From Candidatus Nanopelagicales bacterium (GTDB taxonomy: Bacteria; Actinomycetota; Actinomycetes; S36-B12): a DNA stretch of 64,000 nt. Below the pieces are notes generated by a model, which saw nothing but the letters and a program-made list of their open reading frames with translations, made no database searches and was not told where the DNA came from. A program made the position numbers and the translations under genes. Location of the stretch: contig JAURME010000119.1 in assembly GCA_030830865.1 (NCBI GenBank), forward strand, positions 10,532-74,531, written 5' to 3'. Positions 16,956 to 28,027 of the stretch are shown in pieces; position 1 is the first letter of the stretch; the number at the start of each line of letters is the position of its first letter.

Positions 16956-18002
16956 ATGCTGCCCGTCCTGCTTCCGGTGAACCAGTTCGACCACTTCTAC
17001 CGCGGGGGCGATCGGATCGGTGCCCTGCGGCACGGTCCGGGCGGGCCCCAGCGCCCGGAGGAGTGGATCGGGTCGACCACGTCCCGGTTCGGGCAGGCCC
17101 CGCAGGGTTTCAGTCGTCTGCCCGACGGACGGCTGCTCATCGAGGCGGTCGAGGCGGACCCGCAGGGCTGGCTCGGCGCGGATCACGTCGCCCGCTACGG
17201 ATCCAGCACCGAGGTGCTGATCAAGCTGCTCGACCTCAACCAGCGCCTGCCGGTGCACCTGCACCCCAACCGCGAGTTCTCCCGCACCCACCTCGGCCTC
17301 GCGCATGGCAAGACCGAGGCCTGGTACGTGCTCGATGCCCCCGAGGGCGGTGAGGTCGGCGTGGGCTTCGCGCAGGACATGTCCCGCAAGCAGGTGGCCG
17401 ACTGGGTGAACACCGAGGACAGCGACGCGCTCCTGGGCGCCCTGCGCCGTCGCGTCGTCCGACCCGGAGACGCGATGCTCGTCCCCGCCGGGCTTCCCCA
17501 CACCGTCGCATCAGGGGTCTTCGTGCTGGAGCTCCAGGAGCCCACCGACCTGTCCATCCTGCTGGAGTGGCAGGGCTTCGCCGTCGACGGCTTCAAGGAC
17601 GGACACCTCGATCTCGGCTTCGACACCGCTCTGCAGGCGGTCGACCTCTCGGCCGTCAGCGACGGTGACCTCGAACGACTCGTGCTCCCGCGCGAGGAGA
17701 TCGAGGGCGCCGGGCTCCGCTCGGCCATGCCCCCGCAGGCGGACGGCTATTTCCGGGCGCACCGCTTCGAGGCGGGCGAGGCGCCGGTCGAGGTGGAAGC
17801 CGGCTTCGCCATCGTCCTGATCCTCGACGGGCACGGTGTGCTCCGATCGGGTGCCGGCGCCCTCGAGGTCACGAGGGGCGACGTCGTCCTCGTGCCGTTC
17901 GCGGCCGGCGACTACTCGCTGCATGCGACCGGAGCCACGCATTCGCTGACCGGCGTCGTGTGCCGTCCACCCGCCACGGACGCCCCGACCGACGTGCGCT
18001 GA
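16956..18002 (+). CDS. class I mannose-6-phosphate isomerase-like cupin protein
   Basis: ATG at 16956 after AAGGAG, inside track ORF 16653..18002. Zn-ligand contexts QRLPVHLHPN, GKTEAWYVL and VPAGLPHTV. Confidence 0.7.
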   Translation: MLPVLLPVNQFDHFYRGGDRIGALRHGPGGPQRPEEWIGSTTSRFGQAPQGFSRLPDGRLLIEAVEADPQGWLGADHVARYGSSTEVLIKLLDLNQRLPVHLHPNREFSRTHLGLAHGKTEAWYVLDAPEGGEVGVGFAQDMSRKQVADWVNTEDSDALLGALRRRVVRPGDAMLVPAGLPHTVASGVFVLELQEPTDLSILLEWQGFAVDGFKDGHLDLGFDTALQAVDLSAVSDGDLERLVLPREEIEGAGLRSAMPPQADGYFRAHRFEAGEAPVEVEAGFAIVLILDGHGVLRSGAGALEVTRGDVVLVPFAAGDYSLHATGATHSLTGVVCRPPATDAPTDVR

Positions 18003-18015
18003 ACGGGCTGACCCT

Positions 18016-19083
18016 ATGCCGGACCGCACCTCTCAGGACGCCATCGACTGGGACCTTGCCCTGGCGACGGCGCGACGGTTCGCGCCCTCAGGCCCCGATC
18101 TGTCCCCGGATGACGCCAGGGCCGCTGTGGTCGACCTCAGGGCGCTGGCGCGCGAGGCCGTGGCACCGGTGCGCGAGACGACGCTGCTCGTCGCTCCCGA
18201 GTCGTCGCCGGCCGTCGTCGTCGACCGTGGGGCGTGGGCGGCATCGAACGTCGAGGGCATGCGGGCCGTGCTCGACCGCTGGGATGCTCTCGGCGAGCGC
18301 ACCGAGGCCGCGCCGGCGGTCGTGCGGAGCCTCGGCTCCCGAGGGACCGCGCTGCAGCTCGGCGCCGTCCTGGCGTGGCTGTCGACCAAGGTCCTCGGTC
18401 AGTTCGAGATCTTCGCGGTCGGTCGTGGTGAGCCGGGTCGCCTGCTCCTCGTGGCGCCGACCATCGTTCAGGTCCAGCAGCAGCTCGGGGTCGACGCGCG
18501 GGACTTCCGCCTGTGGGTCTGCCTGCACGAGGAGACCCACCGTGTGCAGTTCGGCGCGGTGCCGTGGCTGGCCGATCACCTCACCGACCGCATCACCGCG
18601 CTGCTCGCCGCCTCCGATCTCGGTACCCGGGAGATGCTGGGGCGGATCGTCGCGTTCCTCTACGCGATGATCCGGTCGGTGCGCAGCGACTCGGACGTCA
18701 GTGTGGTCGAGGCACTCCAGACCCCAGAGCAGCGCGAGATCTTCGACGAGATCACGGGGGTCATGTCCCTCCTTGAGGGTCACGCCGATGTGGTGATGGA
18801 CGAGGTCGGCCCTGCGATCGTGCCCAGCGTGATGGAGATCCGTGAGCGGTTCAGCGTCCGCCGCGAGCAGTCGGGCGCGGTGGACTCGGTCGCGCGCCGT
18901 CTCCTGGGCATGGATACCAAGATGCGGCAGTACTCCCAGGGTGCAGAGTTCGTGCGGCATGCGGTGGGCGCGCTGGGCCAGCCGGGCTTCAACCGGGTGT
19001 GGGACGCGCCCGCGAATCTGCCGTCCCGGGAGGAGATCCTGCATCCGCAGTCGTGGGTGGACCGGATGGCCGCAAGCCCATGA
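18016..19083 (+). CDS. zinc-dependent metalloprotease (conserved actinobacterial, Rv3626c-like position)
   Basis: HExxH motif in CLHEETHRVQF. Sits in the syntenic position between dacB and tilS. Confidence 0.8.
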   Translation: MPDRTSQDAIDWDLALATARRFAPSGPDLSPDDARAAVVDLRALAREAVAPVRETTLLVAPESSPAVVVDRGAWAASNVEGMRAVLDRWDALGERTEAAPAVVRSLGSRGTALQLGAVLAWLSTKVLGQFEIFAVGRGEPGRLLLVAPTIVQVQQQLGVDARDFRLWVCLHEETHRVQFGAVPWLADHLTDRITALLAASDLGTREMLGRIVAFLYAMIRSVRSDSDVSVVEALQTPEQREIFDEITGVMSLLEGHADVVMDEVGPAIVPSVMEIRERFSVRREQSGAVDSVARRLLGMDTKMRQYSQGAEFVRHAVGALGQPGFNRVWDAPANLPSREEILHPQSWVDRMAASP

Positions 19084-20111
19084 GCCGCCGTGCGTCGTCG
19101 GAGGAGACGATGGCGGTGCGTCGCGCGGTGAGCACCTCCGTGGCCGACTTCCAGAAGGGCGATCTGCTTCTGGTCGCCTGCTCCGGCGGCCCCGACTCGC
19201 TCGCGCTCGTCGCCGCGACGGCGTGGTCTGCCCCGCGGGCCGGAATGCGGATGCAGGCCGTCGTCATCGACCACGGACTTCAGGCCGGCTCCGGTGCGGT
19301 GGCTGAGGATGCGCGGCAGACGTGTGAGCTGCTCGGCGTGCCCTCGGAGGTCGTCCGGGTCGAGGTGGGCCGGGCGGGCGGACCGGAGGCCGCGGCGCGT
19401 GATGCGCGGTACGCGGCGTTGGCCGAGACGGCGGAGCGGCTGGGTGCGGCGACGGTGCTCCTCGGTCATACGCTCGAGGATCAGGCCGAGACGGTGCTGC
19501 TGCGGCTCGCCCGCGGATCGGGAGCGCGGTCGCTCGCGGCGATGTCGCGCCGGAACGGCCTCTGGCGGCGTCCCCTGCTGGACCTGTCCAGAGCTGCCGT
19601 GCGCGCAGCGGCAGCGGAGGCGCTCGCGCCCATCGGCCGTTCGCCCTGGGCCGATCCCCACAATGACGATCCTGCGTTCTCGCGCGTGCGGGTGCGCCAG
19701 GTCCTCCCCGAACTCGATGCGGCGGTCGGCGGTGGTGCCGTGCCGGGTCTCGTGCGGTCCGCGGATCTTCTGCGCGATGACGCGGACGCGTTGGACGGCT
19801 GGGCGCAGGACGTGGCCGATCGGATCGTCAGCCACGAGGCGGGGGAGCGGTCGGCCGACTGCTCGGACCTGCAGGCCCTCCCGGCCGCGATCCGGACGCG
19901 GGTGATCAGGCTGATCGCCCTGTCTGTCGGGGCACCAGGAGAGGACCTCGGGCTCGATCACGTGCGCGCGGTCGAGGCCCTCGTCGTCGACTGGCACGGC
20001 CAGGGCGCGGTGAGTCTTCCGGGCGGCGTCCGCGCCTCGCGCGTCTATGGCAGGCTGTGCCTGCAGCCATCGAGCACCCGAGATGTCGAGACCCCGGACT
20101 GGAGCAGATAG
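19080..20111 (+). CDS. tilS: tRNA(Ile)-lysidine synthase
   Basis: ATG at 19080 (ATGA overlap). PP-loop motif VACSGGPDSLAL. Confidence 0.88.
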   Translation: MSRRASSEETMAVRRAVSTSVADFQKGDLLLVACSGGPDSLALVAATAWSAPRAGMRMQAVVIDHGLQAGSGAVAEDARQTCELLGVPSEVVRVEVGRAGGPEAAARDARYAALAETAERLGAATVLLGHTLEDQAETVLLRLARGSGARSLAAMSRRNGLWRRPLLDLSRAAVRAAAAEALAPIGRSPWADPHNDDPAFSRVRVRQVLPELDAAVGGGAVPGLVRSADLLRDDADALDGWAQDVADRIVSHEAGERSADCSDLQALPAAIRTRVIRLIALSVGAPGEDLGLDHVRAVEALVVDWHGQGAVSLPGGVRASRVYGRLCLQPSSTRDVETPDWSR

Positions 20112-20662
20112 TGGAGCCTGAGGACATCACCTCGGAACTCGATCATGTCCTTCTGACAGAGCAGCAGATCCATGAGCGCCTCGGGGAGCTGGCTCGCGAG
20201 ATCGACCGTGACTACGACGGCAAGAACCTTTTGCTCGTCGGCGTGCTCAAGGGCGCGGTCATGGTGATGGCCGATCTCGCCCGGTCGCTCGGGCGCAGCG
20301 CGGACATGGACTGGATGGCCGTCTCGTCCTACGGCTCCGGCACGACGTCCAGCGGTGTGGTCCGCATCCTCAAGGATCTCGACGCCGACCTCGATGGCCG
20401 GCACGTCCTCATCGTCGAGGACATCCTGGACTCGGGGCTGACGCTGTCCTGGCTGATGAAGAACCTCTCCTCGCGCAACCCGGCGTCGGTCGAGGTGTTC
20501 ACGCTGCTGCGCAAGCCCGATGCCCAGAAGGTGCAGATCAACCCGCGCTACGTCGGCTTCGACATCCCCAACGAGTTCGTCGTCGGCTACGGCCTGGACT
20601 ACGCCGAGCGCTACCGCAACCTGCGGTGCGTGGGGACGCTCGCCCCGCACGTCTACAGCTGA
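20111..20662 (+). CDS. hpt: hypoxanthine phosphoribosyltransferase
   Basis: GTG at 20111 (TAGTG overlap with tilS). PRPP-binding loop HVLIVEDILDSGLTL. Confidence 0.9.
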   Translation: MEPEDITSELDHVLLTEQQIHERLGELAREIDRDYDGKNLLLVGVLKGAVMVMADLARSLGRSADMDWMAVSSYGSGTTSSGVVRILKDLDADLDGRHVLIVEDILDSGLTLSWLMKNLSSRNPASVEVFTLLRKPDAQKVQINPRYVGFDIPNEFVVGYGLDYAERYRNLRCVGTLAPHVYS

Positions 20663-20744
20663 CGGCCACGGCTCCCTTCGCGCAGGGCGTACTCGTGCGT
20701 CCGACGCTCCCCATGAGGCGGTCGGCTCCCCGTAGTACCGTGAT

Positions 20745-22780
<2,036 letters not shown>

Positions 22781-22784
<4 letters not shown>

Positions 22785-23389
22785 CGGGCATCGACCCGAT
22801 CAGCGCCCCCAACGGGGCTGTGCGGGAGTTCGACGCAGTGGCGGCGGAGAAGGCCGTGCGCGACCTGCTCGTCGCCGTCGGAGAGGATCCCGAGCGCGAC
22901 GGCCTGCGGGACACCCCGGCGCGAGTCGCCCGTGCCTACGAGGAGATCTTCCGCGGCATGCACATGACCGCCGACGAGGTGCTGACCACCACGTTCGACA
23001 TCGGCCACGACGAGATGGTCCTGGTGAAGGACATTGAGCTCTACAGCACCTGCGAGCACCACCTCGTGCCGTTCCACGGTGTCGCGCACATCGGCTACAT
23101 CCCCAATCTCGACGGCCGCATCACCGGTCTGTCCAAGCTCGCCCGACTCGTCGACGTTTTCGCCAAGCGCCCCCAGGTGCAGGAACGCCTCACCACCCAG
23201 GTGGCCGACTCCCTCATGCGCATCCTCGAGCCGCGTGGCGCGATCGTCGTCATGGAGGCCGAGCATCTGTGCATGTCGATGCGTGGGGTGCGCAAGCCCG
23301 GAGCCAAGACGACCACCAGCGCCGTGCGCGGAAGCCTGCGTGATCCGGCGACCCGCGCTGAGGCCATGGCGCTGATCCTGGGGCACTAG
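22781..23389 (+). CDS. folE: GTP cyclohydrolase I
   Basis: GTG at 22781 overlaps the ftsH stop. Motifs [10 protein letters not shown] and VMEAEHLCM. Confidence 0.9.
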
Positions 23390-23391
23390 CC

Positions 23392-24273
23392 ATGCACCCC
23401 GCGGGACTGCCCGCGAGCCTCGCCGCCGTCGATCGGACGCTGGTGATGGGGGTCGTCAACGTCACCCCGGACTCCTTCTCCGATGGTGGCCGCTACCTCG
23501 ATGCCCGCGCCGCCATCGAGCATGGCATCTCCCTCCATGCCCGGGGCGCAGACCTGGTCGATGTCGGCGGAGAGTCGACACGACCCGGTGCTGTGCGTGT
23601 GGAGTCCGCCGAGGAGTTGGACCGGGTCCTGCCCGTCATCATCGGTCTCGTCGCTGCAGGAGTCCCCGTCAGCGTCGACACGATGCGGGCGGACACCGCA
23701 GCCCGCGCGGTCGAGGCCGGTGCCTGCATCGTCAATGACGTCAGCGGCGGCCTCGCCGACCCGCAGATGTACCGGACCGTCGCTGGCCTCCACGTCCCGT
23801 ACGTCGCGATGCACTGGCGCGGTCACAGCGATCGCATGGCGGACCTCACCGACTACGACGACGTCCTTACCGACGTGTGCGCCGAGCTCTCCTCGCGAGC
23901 GTCCCACGCCGAGGCTGCCGGCATCGCGCCCGACCGGATCATCCTCGATCCCGGACTCGGCTTCGCCAAGGAGGCCGACCACAACTGGGCGCTCCTGCGC
24001 GGGCTCTCCGAACTCCAGACGCTCGGCTTCCCGCTGCTGGTGGGGGCCTCCCGCAAGCGGTTCCTGGGAGCCCTGCTGGCGGGCGACGACGGAGTTGCCC
24101 GGCCGGTCGACGGTCGCGACATGGCGACCGACGCGATCACGGCCCTGGCGGCGGCGATCGGCGTCTGGGCCGTCCGGGTGCACGATGTCAACGGAAGCGC
24201 CGATGCCGTCCGGGTCGCCCAGGCGTGGACCGAAGGGCGCGACCCTCGAGACTCGGAGGCGACCCGTGCCTGA
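23392..24273 (+). CDS. folP: dihydropteroate synthase
   Basis: MGVVNVTPDSFSDGG and DVGGESTRPG motifs. Confidence 0.9.
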   Translation: MHPAGLPASLAAVDRTLVMGVVNVTPDSFSDGGRYLDARAAIEHGISLHARGADLVDVGGESTRPGAVRVESAEELDRVLPVIIGLVAAGVPVSVDTMRADTAARAVEAGACIVNDVSGGLADPQMYRTVAGLHVPYVAMHWRGHSDRMADLTDYDDVLTDVCAELSSRASHAEAAGIAPDRIILDPGLGFAKEADHNWALLRGLSELQTLGFPLLVGASRKRFLGALLAGDDGVARPVDGRDMATDAITALAAAIGVWAVRVHDVNGSADAVRVAQAWTEGRDPRDSEATRA

Positions 24274-24634
24274 CCAGATCCTCATCACCGGCATCCGGGG
24301 CACCGGCCATCACGGCGTGTTCGCCGAGGAGCGCCGCGACGGCCAGGAGTTCATCGTCGACGTCGCGCTCGGCGTCGGCCTGCGACGCTCGGCCTCATCG
24401 GACGACCTCGCCGACACGGTCGACTACGGCATCGTGGCGTCGGACATCCACGCCCTCATCACTGGTGAGCCGCATGACCTCATCGAGACGCTCGCCGAGG
24501 ACATCGCGTCGGCCTGCCTGCGTCATGCAGCGGTCGAGTCGGTGACAGTGACCGTCCACAAACCGCAGGCCCCGATCACCGTGCCGTTCGACGATGTCGC
24601 GGTCCGCATCACGCGGAGCCGGCCGGATGCCTGA
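24266..24634 (+). CDS. folB: dihydroneopterin aldolase
   Basis: GTG at 24266 overlaps the folP 3' end. Motif GHHGVFAEERRDGQEFIVD. Confidence 0.85.
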   Translation: MPDQILITGIRGTGHHGVFAEERRDGQEFIVDVALGVGLRRSASSDDLADTVDYGIVASDIHALITGEPHDLIETLAEDIASACLRHAAVESVTVTVHKPQAPITVPFDDVAVRITRSRPDA

Positions 24635-25136
24635 CGCCGTCCTGGCCCTCGGCTCGAACCTCGGTGACAGCGTGGCCACTCTGCGCGGTGCGGTGACCGC
24701 CCTCGAGAAGACCGAGGGAATCGACGTCGTGGCGGTGTCACGGGTCGTCGAGACCGATCCTGTCGGTGGGCCCGAGCAGGGCGTCTACCTGAATGCCGTC
24801 GTCCTCGTCCGCACGGCGCTGGAACCTTCAGACCTGCTCGCCGTGTGCCAGCGGATCGAGACCGACTTCGACCGCGTGCGCGAGGTGCGCTGGGGACCGC
24901 GAACGCTGGACATCGACGTCATCGCCATCAATGGTGTCGTGTCCGACGATCCGGTGCTGACCCTGCCGCACCCCCGCGCGCACGAGCGCGGATTCGTCCT
25001 CGTGCCGTGGCTCGACGTCGACCCGGATGCCGTCGTCCCGGGTCACAGACGGGTTGCTGACCTGCTCGAGACGGTCGACGTGTCCGGTGTGCGGGCCACC
25101 GACATCGACCTCTCCGCGGCGGGGACGGTGACGTGA
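24627..25136 (+). CDS. folK: 2-amino-4-hydroxy-6-hydroxymethyldihydropteridine diphosphokinase
   Basis: ATG at 24627 overlaps the folB stop. Motifs LGSNLGD and RWGPRTLDIDV. Confidence 0.88.
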   Translation: MPDAVLALGSNLGDSVATLRGAVTALEKTEGIDVVAVSRVVETDPVGGPEQGVYLNAVVLVRTALEPSDLLAVCQRIETDFDRVREVRWGPRTLDIDVIAINGVVSDDPVLTLPHPRAHERGFVLVPWLDVDPDAVVPGHRRVADLLETVDVSGVRATDIDLSAAGTVT

Positions 25137-25609
25137 TGAACGCCATGCAGCCGACCCGCACCCGTCTCCTCATCGCTATCGGCGTCATCGCCGCCGCGCT
25201 CGGCTGGGGGACGGTGCAGATCGTCGCCGCGTGGTTCGGGCGACTCGTCCCCGTGCCCTGGCTTGCAGGAGCGGCACTCGTGCTTGTTGCTGGCGCACTG
25301 GCCTACTGGACCTACCAGGCGCGCCCCCGGCTCCAGGGTCGACCGGGATCCAAGCCGATGGAGGGCATCGTTGCCGCTCGTTCCGCGGCCCTGGCCATGG
25401 CGGCGTCGCGCATCGGCGCGCTGGTGAGTGGCTTCTATGCCGGGATCGCGGTCGGGATGATCGGGAACATCGCCACCCCGTCGGGTGCTCAGACGTTCTG
25501 GGCGGCCACCGTGGCGGCGGTCGGTGCCCTCGCCCTGGTGGTGGCGGCTGTGTGGTTGGAGCACTCCTGCCGAATCCCTCTCGACCGTGACGACGACGGT
25601 CGCGCGTAG
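25133..25609 (+). CDS. DUF3180-type integral membrane protein
   Basis: Four predicted TM helices. Occupies the conserved position after folK, as the mycobacterial Rv3605c-like gene does. Confidence 0.75.
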   Translation: MMNAMQPTRTRLLIAIGVIAAALGWGTVQIVAAWFGRLVPVPWLAGAALVLVAGALAYWTYQARPRLQGRPGSKPMEGIVAARSAALAMAASRIGALVSGFYAGIAVGMIGNIATPSGAQTFWAATVAAVGALALVVAAVWLEHSCRIPLDRDDDGRA

Positions 25610-25618
25610 GCTGCCCCC

Positions 25619-25909
25619 ATGAGTGATGTCGTCCTCGAGGACCTTCCGTTCGATGAACTCCGGCACAAGGCGTTCTCCTACGCCGAGCGTCACGTCGACA
25701 TCGGCTTCTTCACCGACCTGTTCTCGCACATGCCCGGCATGATCGCGATCGAGGGTGAGGGCGGCGACCTCGGTGCGATGGGTGGCACGTTCATCGAGAC
25801 CGTGCGCGCCGTCAAGCAGATGATGGGCGACGCGGACCTCGACGAGACGACCGAGACGCTGCTGCGGGCCCGGTTCGTGACGTATCTCCGCGAGCACGGC
25901 GAGGAGTGA
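25619..25909 (+). CDS. hypothetical acidic 96-aa protein
   Basis: ATG start and high GC3. I recognise no family. Confidence 0.55.
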   Translation: MSDVVLEDLPFDELRHKAFSYAERHVDIGFFTDLFSHMPGMIAIEGEGGDLGAMGGTFIETVRAVKQMMGDADLDETTETLLRARFVTYLREHGEE

Positions 25910-25935
25910 GCGGGGCTCGCTGTCGCTCACTCCTC
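25901..25935. terminator. bidirectional stem-loop between convergent genes
   Basis: GAGGAGTGAGCG (25901-25912) pairs perfectly with CGCTCACTCCTC (25924-25935), with an 11-nt loop. It spans the stop of the 96-aa ORF and abuts the NuoD-like stop. Confidence 0.6.
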
Positions 25936-25936
25936 G

Positions 25937-27061
25937 TCAGCGGTCGGCATCCCCCATCACCACCGCGAAGCTCATCACCGCATCAGCCAGCGCCACCACC
26001 GGCACTCCGACGAGAGCGGCTCCCATCGCCGACATCGTCGCGAAGGACGCCGAGCGGATCTTCATCCGCCACGGGTACTTGTCCCCAGCGCCCACCAGCA
26101 GGCAGCCGGCGATCCCGATCGGCCCCTCGACCGCCGCATAGGTCATGCCCTCGGGCAGTCGAACCACCTTCGGCAGCGGCACGTCGGTCGGTCCATCACC
26201 GAGGCTGTCGAGCCGATCGAATGAGGCGCGCGCCAACCGCACCGACAGCGGAACCTGGTCCAGCAGCGCCGCGTAGCGTGCTCGGCTGTCTCCCGCCTCG
26301 TGGACGGGCACGTCCATCAGGTCGCTGAGTTCCTCGTAGGCGAGGTACGGCTCGTCGCGGCGCAAGTCCCGTGCCACACCGCTGGCGCGTCCGACGGGGC
26401 CGCCGAGCCCGCAGCCCAGCGCCGTCGTGGCGTCCAGCACGGCGAGCCCGGCCAGGCCATCCGTCTGCGCTGCGACATCGGCCGCGACCGCAGGGAACGC
26501 CGACTCCACGTCGCCGAGCAGCTCGCGCACCAGCGTCCGGTCGTCGTCGGTGACGGGAGCCGCCACACCGCCGATCCGTGTGAACGTCGGATGCATGCGA
26601 CTGCCGGTGATCGACTCCATCGCCAAGACGATGCGCTCGCGAAGCGACTCGACCGCCGGACGCGACGCCCCCGCCACGGGAGCGAGGAACGGCAGCAGGG
26701 CACCGATGCGCTCGACCTCGAGCAGGGCCATCCGGGTCCACGTCGCACGTTCCGGGGGGAGCATCCCCAGCGCCCTCTCGGCGGCGAGGGCCACGGTCAC
26801 CTCGGAGGAGAACGATGACATCCAGTCGTGCCGGTCCGCGAGGAGCATCGCCTGCCGCAGGTCGCGCGACTCGAAGAGCTTCTCCGCGCTGCGGTGCATC
26901 AGCCCGATGCGCACGTCGGCCGAGGTGACGAGGTCGTCGGTCACGGACACCTGGAGCTGGAAGCCCGGATGGGCGGCGGGGTGCCGTGGATCAACCTCCA
27001 GGACATCGTCACAGGTCAGGAGAGCAGCTGTGCCCACGGCGAGAAGCTGCTCGGTCGGCAT
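25937..27061 (-). CDS. stand-alone NuoD/Nqo4-like protein (complex I 49-kDa subunit fold, divergent)
   Basis: ATG at 27061 inside track ORF 25937..27871. The order of motifs follows NuoD: DPRHPAAHPGFQL, IGLMHRSAEKL, ADRHDWMSSF, FTRIGGV, EGPIGIAG...YPWRMKIRSASF, and the C-terminal VVMGDADR. Confidence 0.75.
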   Translation of the reverse strand: MPTEQLLAVGTAALLTCDDVLEVDPRHPAAHPGFQLQVSVTDDLVTSADVRIGLMHRSAEKLFESRDLRQAMLLADRHDWMSSFSSEVTVALAAERALGMLPPERATWTRMALLEVERIGALLPFLAPVAGASRPAVESLRERIVLAMESITGSRMHPTFTRIGGVAAPVTDDDRTLVRELLGDVESAFPAVAADVAAQTDGLAGLAVLDATTALGCGLGGPVGRASGVARDLRRDEPYLAYEELSDLMDVPVHEAGDSRARYAALLDQVPLSVRLARASFDRLDSLGDGPTDVPLPKVVRLPEGMTYAAVEGPIGIAGCLLVGAGDKYPWRMKIRSASFATMSAMGAALVGVPVVALADAVMSFAVVMGDADR

Positions 27062-27130
27062 GCGGTCATCCTGACAGAAGCGGGGAGACTCCCGTCGCCC
27101 TCGTCTCGGTGAGCCTCTACGCTCGCGTGG

Positions 27131-28027
27131 GTGACGAGTGAACCGCAGCCGCCGCGCCTGCGTGTGGGTGTCGTGGGTGCCGGGCGCGTGGGCGCCGTCC
27201 TCGGCGCGGCCCTGCGTCGCGCGGGGCATGAGATCGTCGGGGTGTCCGCGGTCTCGGACCTCTCGCGGCTGCGCGCCGACGCACTGCTCCCCGGCGTCCC
27301 GGTGCTCCCCGCCGACGTGGTCCCCACCGACGCCGACCTCGTCCTGATCGCCGTTCCCGACGACGTACTGCCCGGCTTGGTCGCGGGACTCGTGGAGACC
27401 GGTGCCCTGCACGCAGGGCAGTTCGTGGCACATCCGTCCGGCCGCCACGGTGTCGGCGTCCTCGAGCCGGCCACGCGGGTCGGGGCTCTCGGGCTCGCGC
27501 TCCATCCGGCAATGACGTTCACCGGCACCAGCGTGGACCTCGACCGTCTGGCCGACTGTCCGTTCGCGGTGACCAGTGCGGACCCGGTGCGCCCCGTCGC
27601 TGAGGCCCTCGTCGTCGAGATGGGCGGAGAGCCGGTGTGGGTGCCGGAGGTGGCGCGGGTGGTCTATCACGCAGCCCTGTCCTATGGCGCCAACTACCTC
27701 ATGACGGTCGTGGCCCAGTCCGTCGACCTGCTGCGCCTTGCCGGCATCGACGAGCCTCAACGACTGCTGGCCCCCCTGCTGAGCGCCTCCCTCGACAACG
27801 TTCTGCGTCACGGTGACTCCGCCCTGACGGGTCCGGTCTCGCGTGGCGATGCCGCGACCGTCGCGGCCCACCTCGATGCCCTCGCGGACCAGTCACCGGT
27901 CGTCACGGACGCCTACCGGGCTCTCGCCCGGCTCACCGCCGACCGGGCCCTCGGCGCCGGGCTCATCGCGCCCGCCGATGCCGAGCGACTTCTGGATGTC
28001 CTCGCCGCCCACGGGGACCTGACATGA
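27131..28027 (+). CDS. Rossmann-like plus DUF2520 domain protein (putative oxidoreductase upstream of panC)
   Basis: GTG start. Dinucleotide-binding motif VGVVGAGRVG, with a C-terminal DUF2520-like helical region. 4-nt overlap with panC. Confidence 0.75.
   Translation: MTSEPQPPRLRVGVVGAGRVGAVLGAALRRAGHEIVGVSAVSDLSRLRADALLPGVPVLPADVVPTDADLVLIAVPDDVLPGLVAGLVETGALHAGQFVAHPSGRHGVGVLEPATRVGALGLALHPAMTFTGTSVDLDRLADCPFAVTSADPVRPVAEALVVEMGGEPVWVPEVARVVYHAALSYGANYLMTVVAQSVDLLRLAGIDEPQRLLAPLLSASLDNVLRHGDSALTGPVSRGDAATVAAHLDALADQSPVVTDAYRALARLTADRALGAGLIAPADAERLLDVLAAHGDLT

Noticed and set aside
25937-27871. The track ORF gives a 644-aa version of the NuoD-like gene.
   Set aside because: The upstream 270 codons are Arg/Gly/His-rich nonsense that runs antisense through the DUF2520 gene. 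NuoD-like similarity begins right after the Met at 27061.
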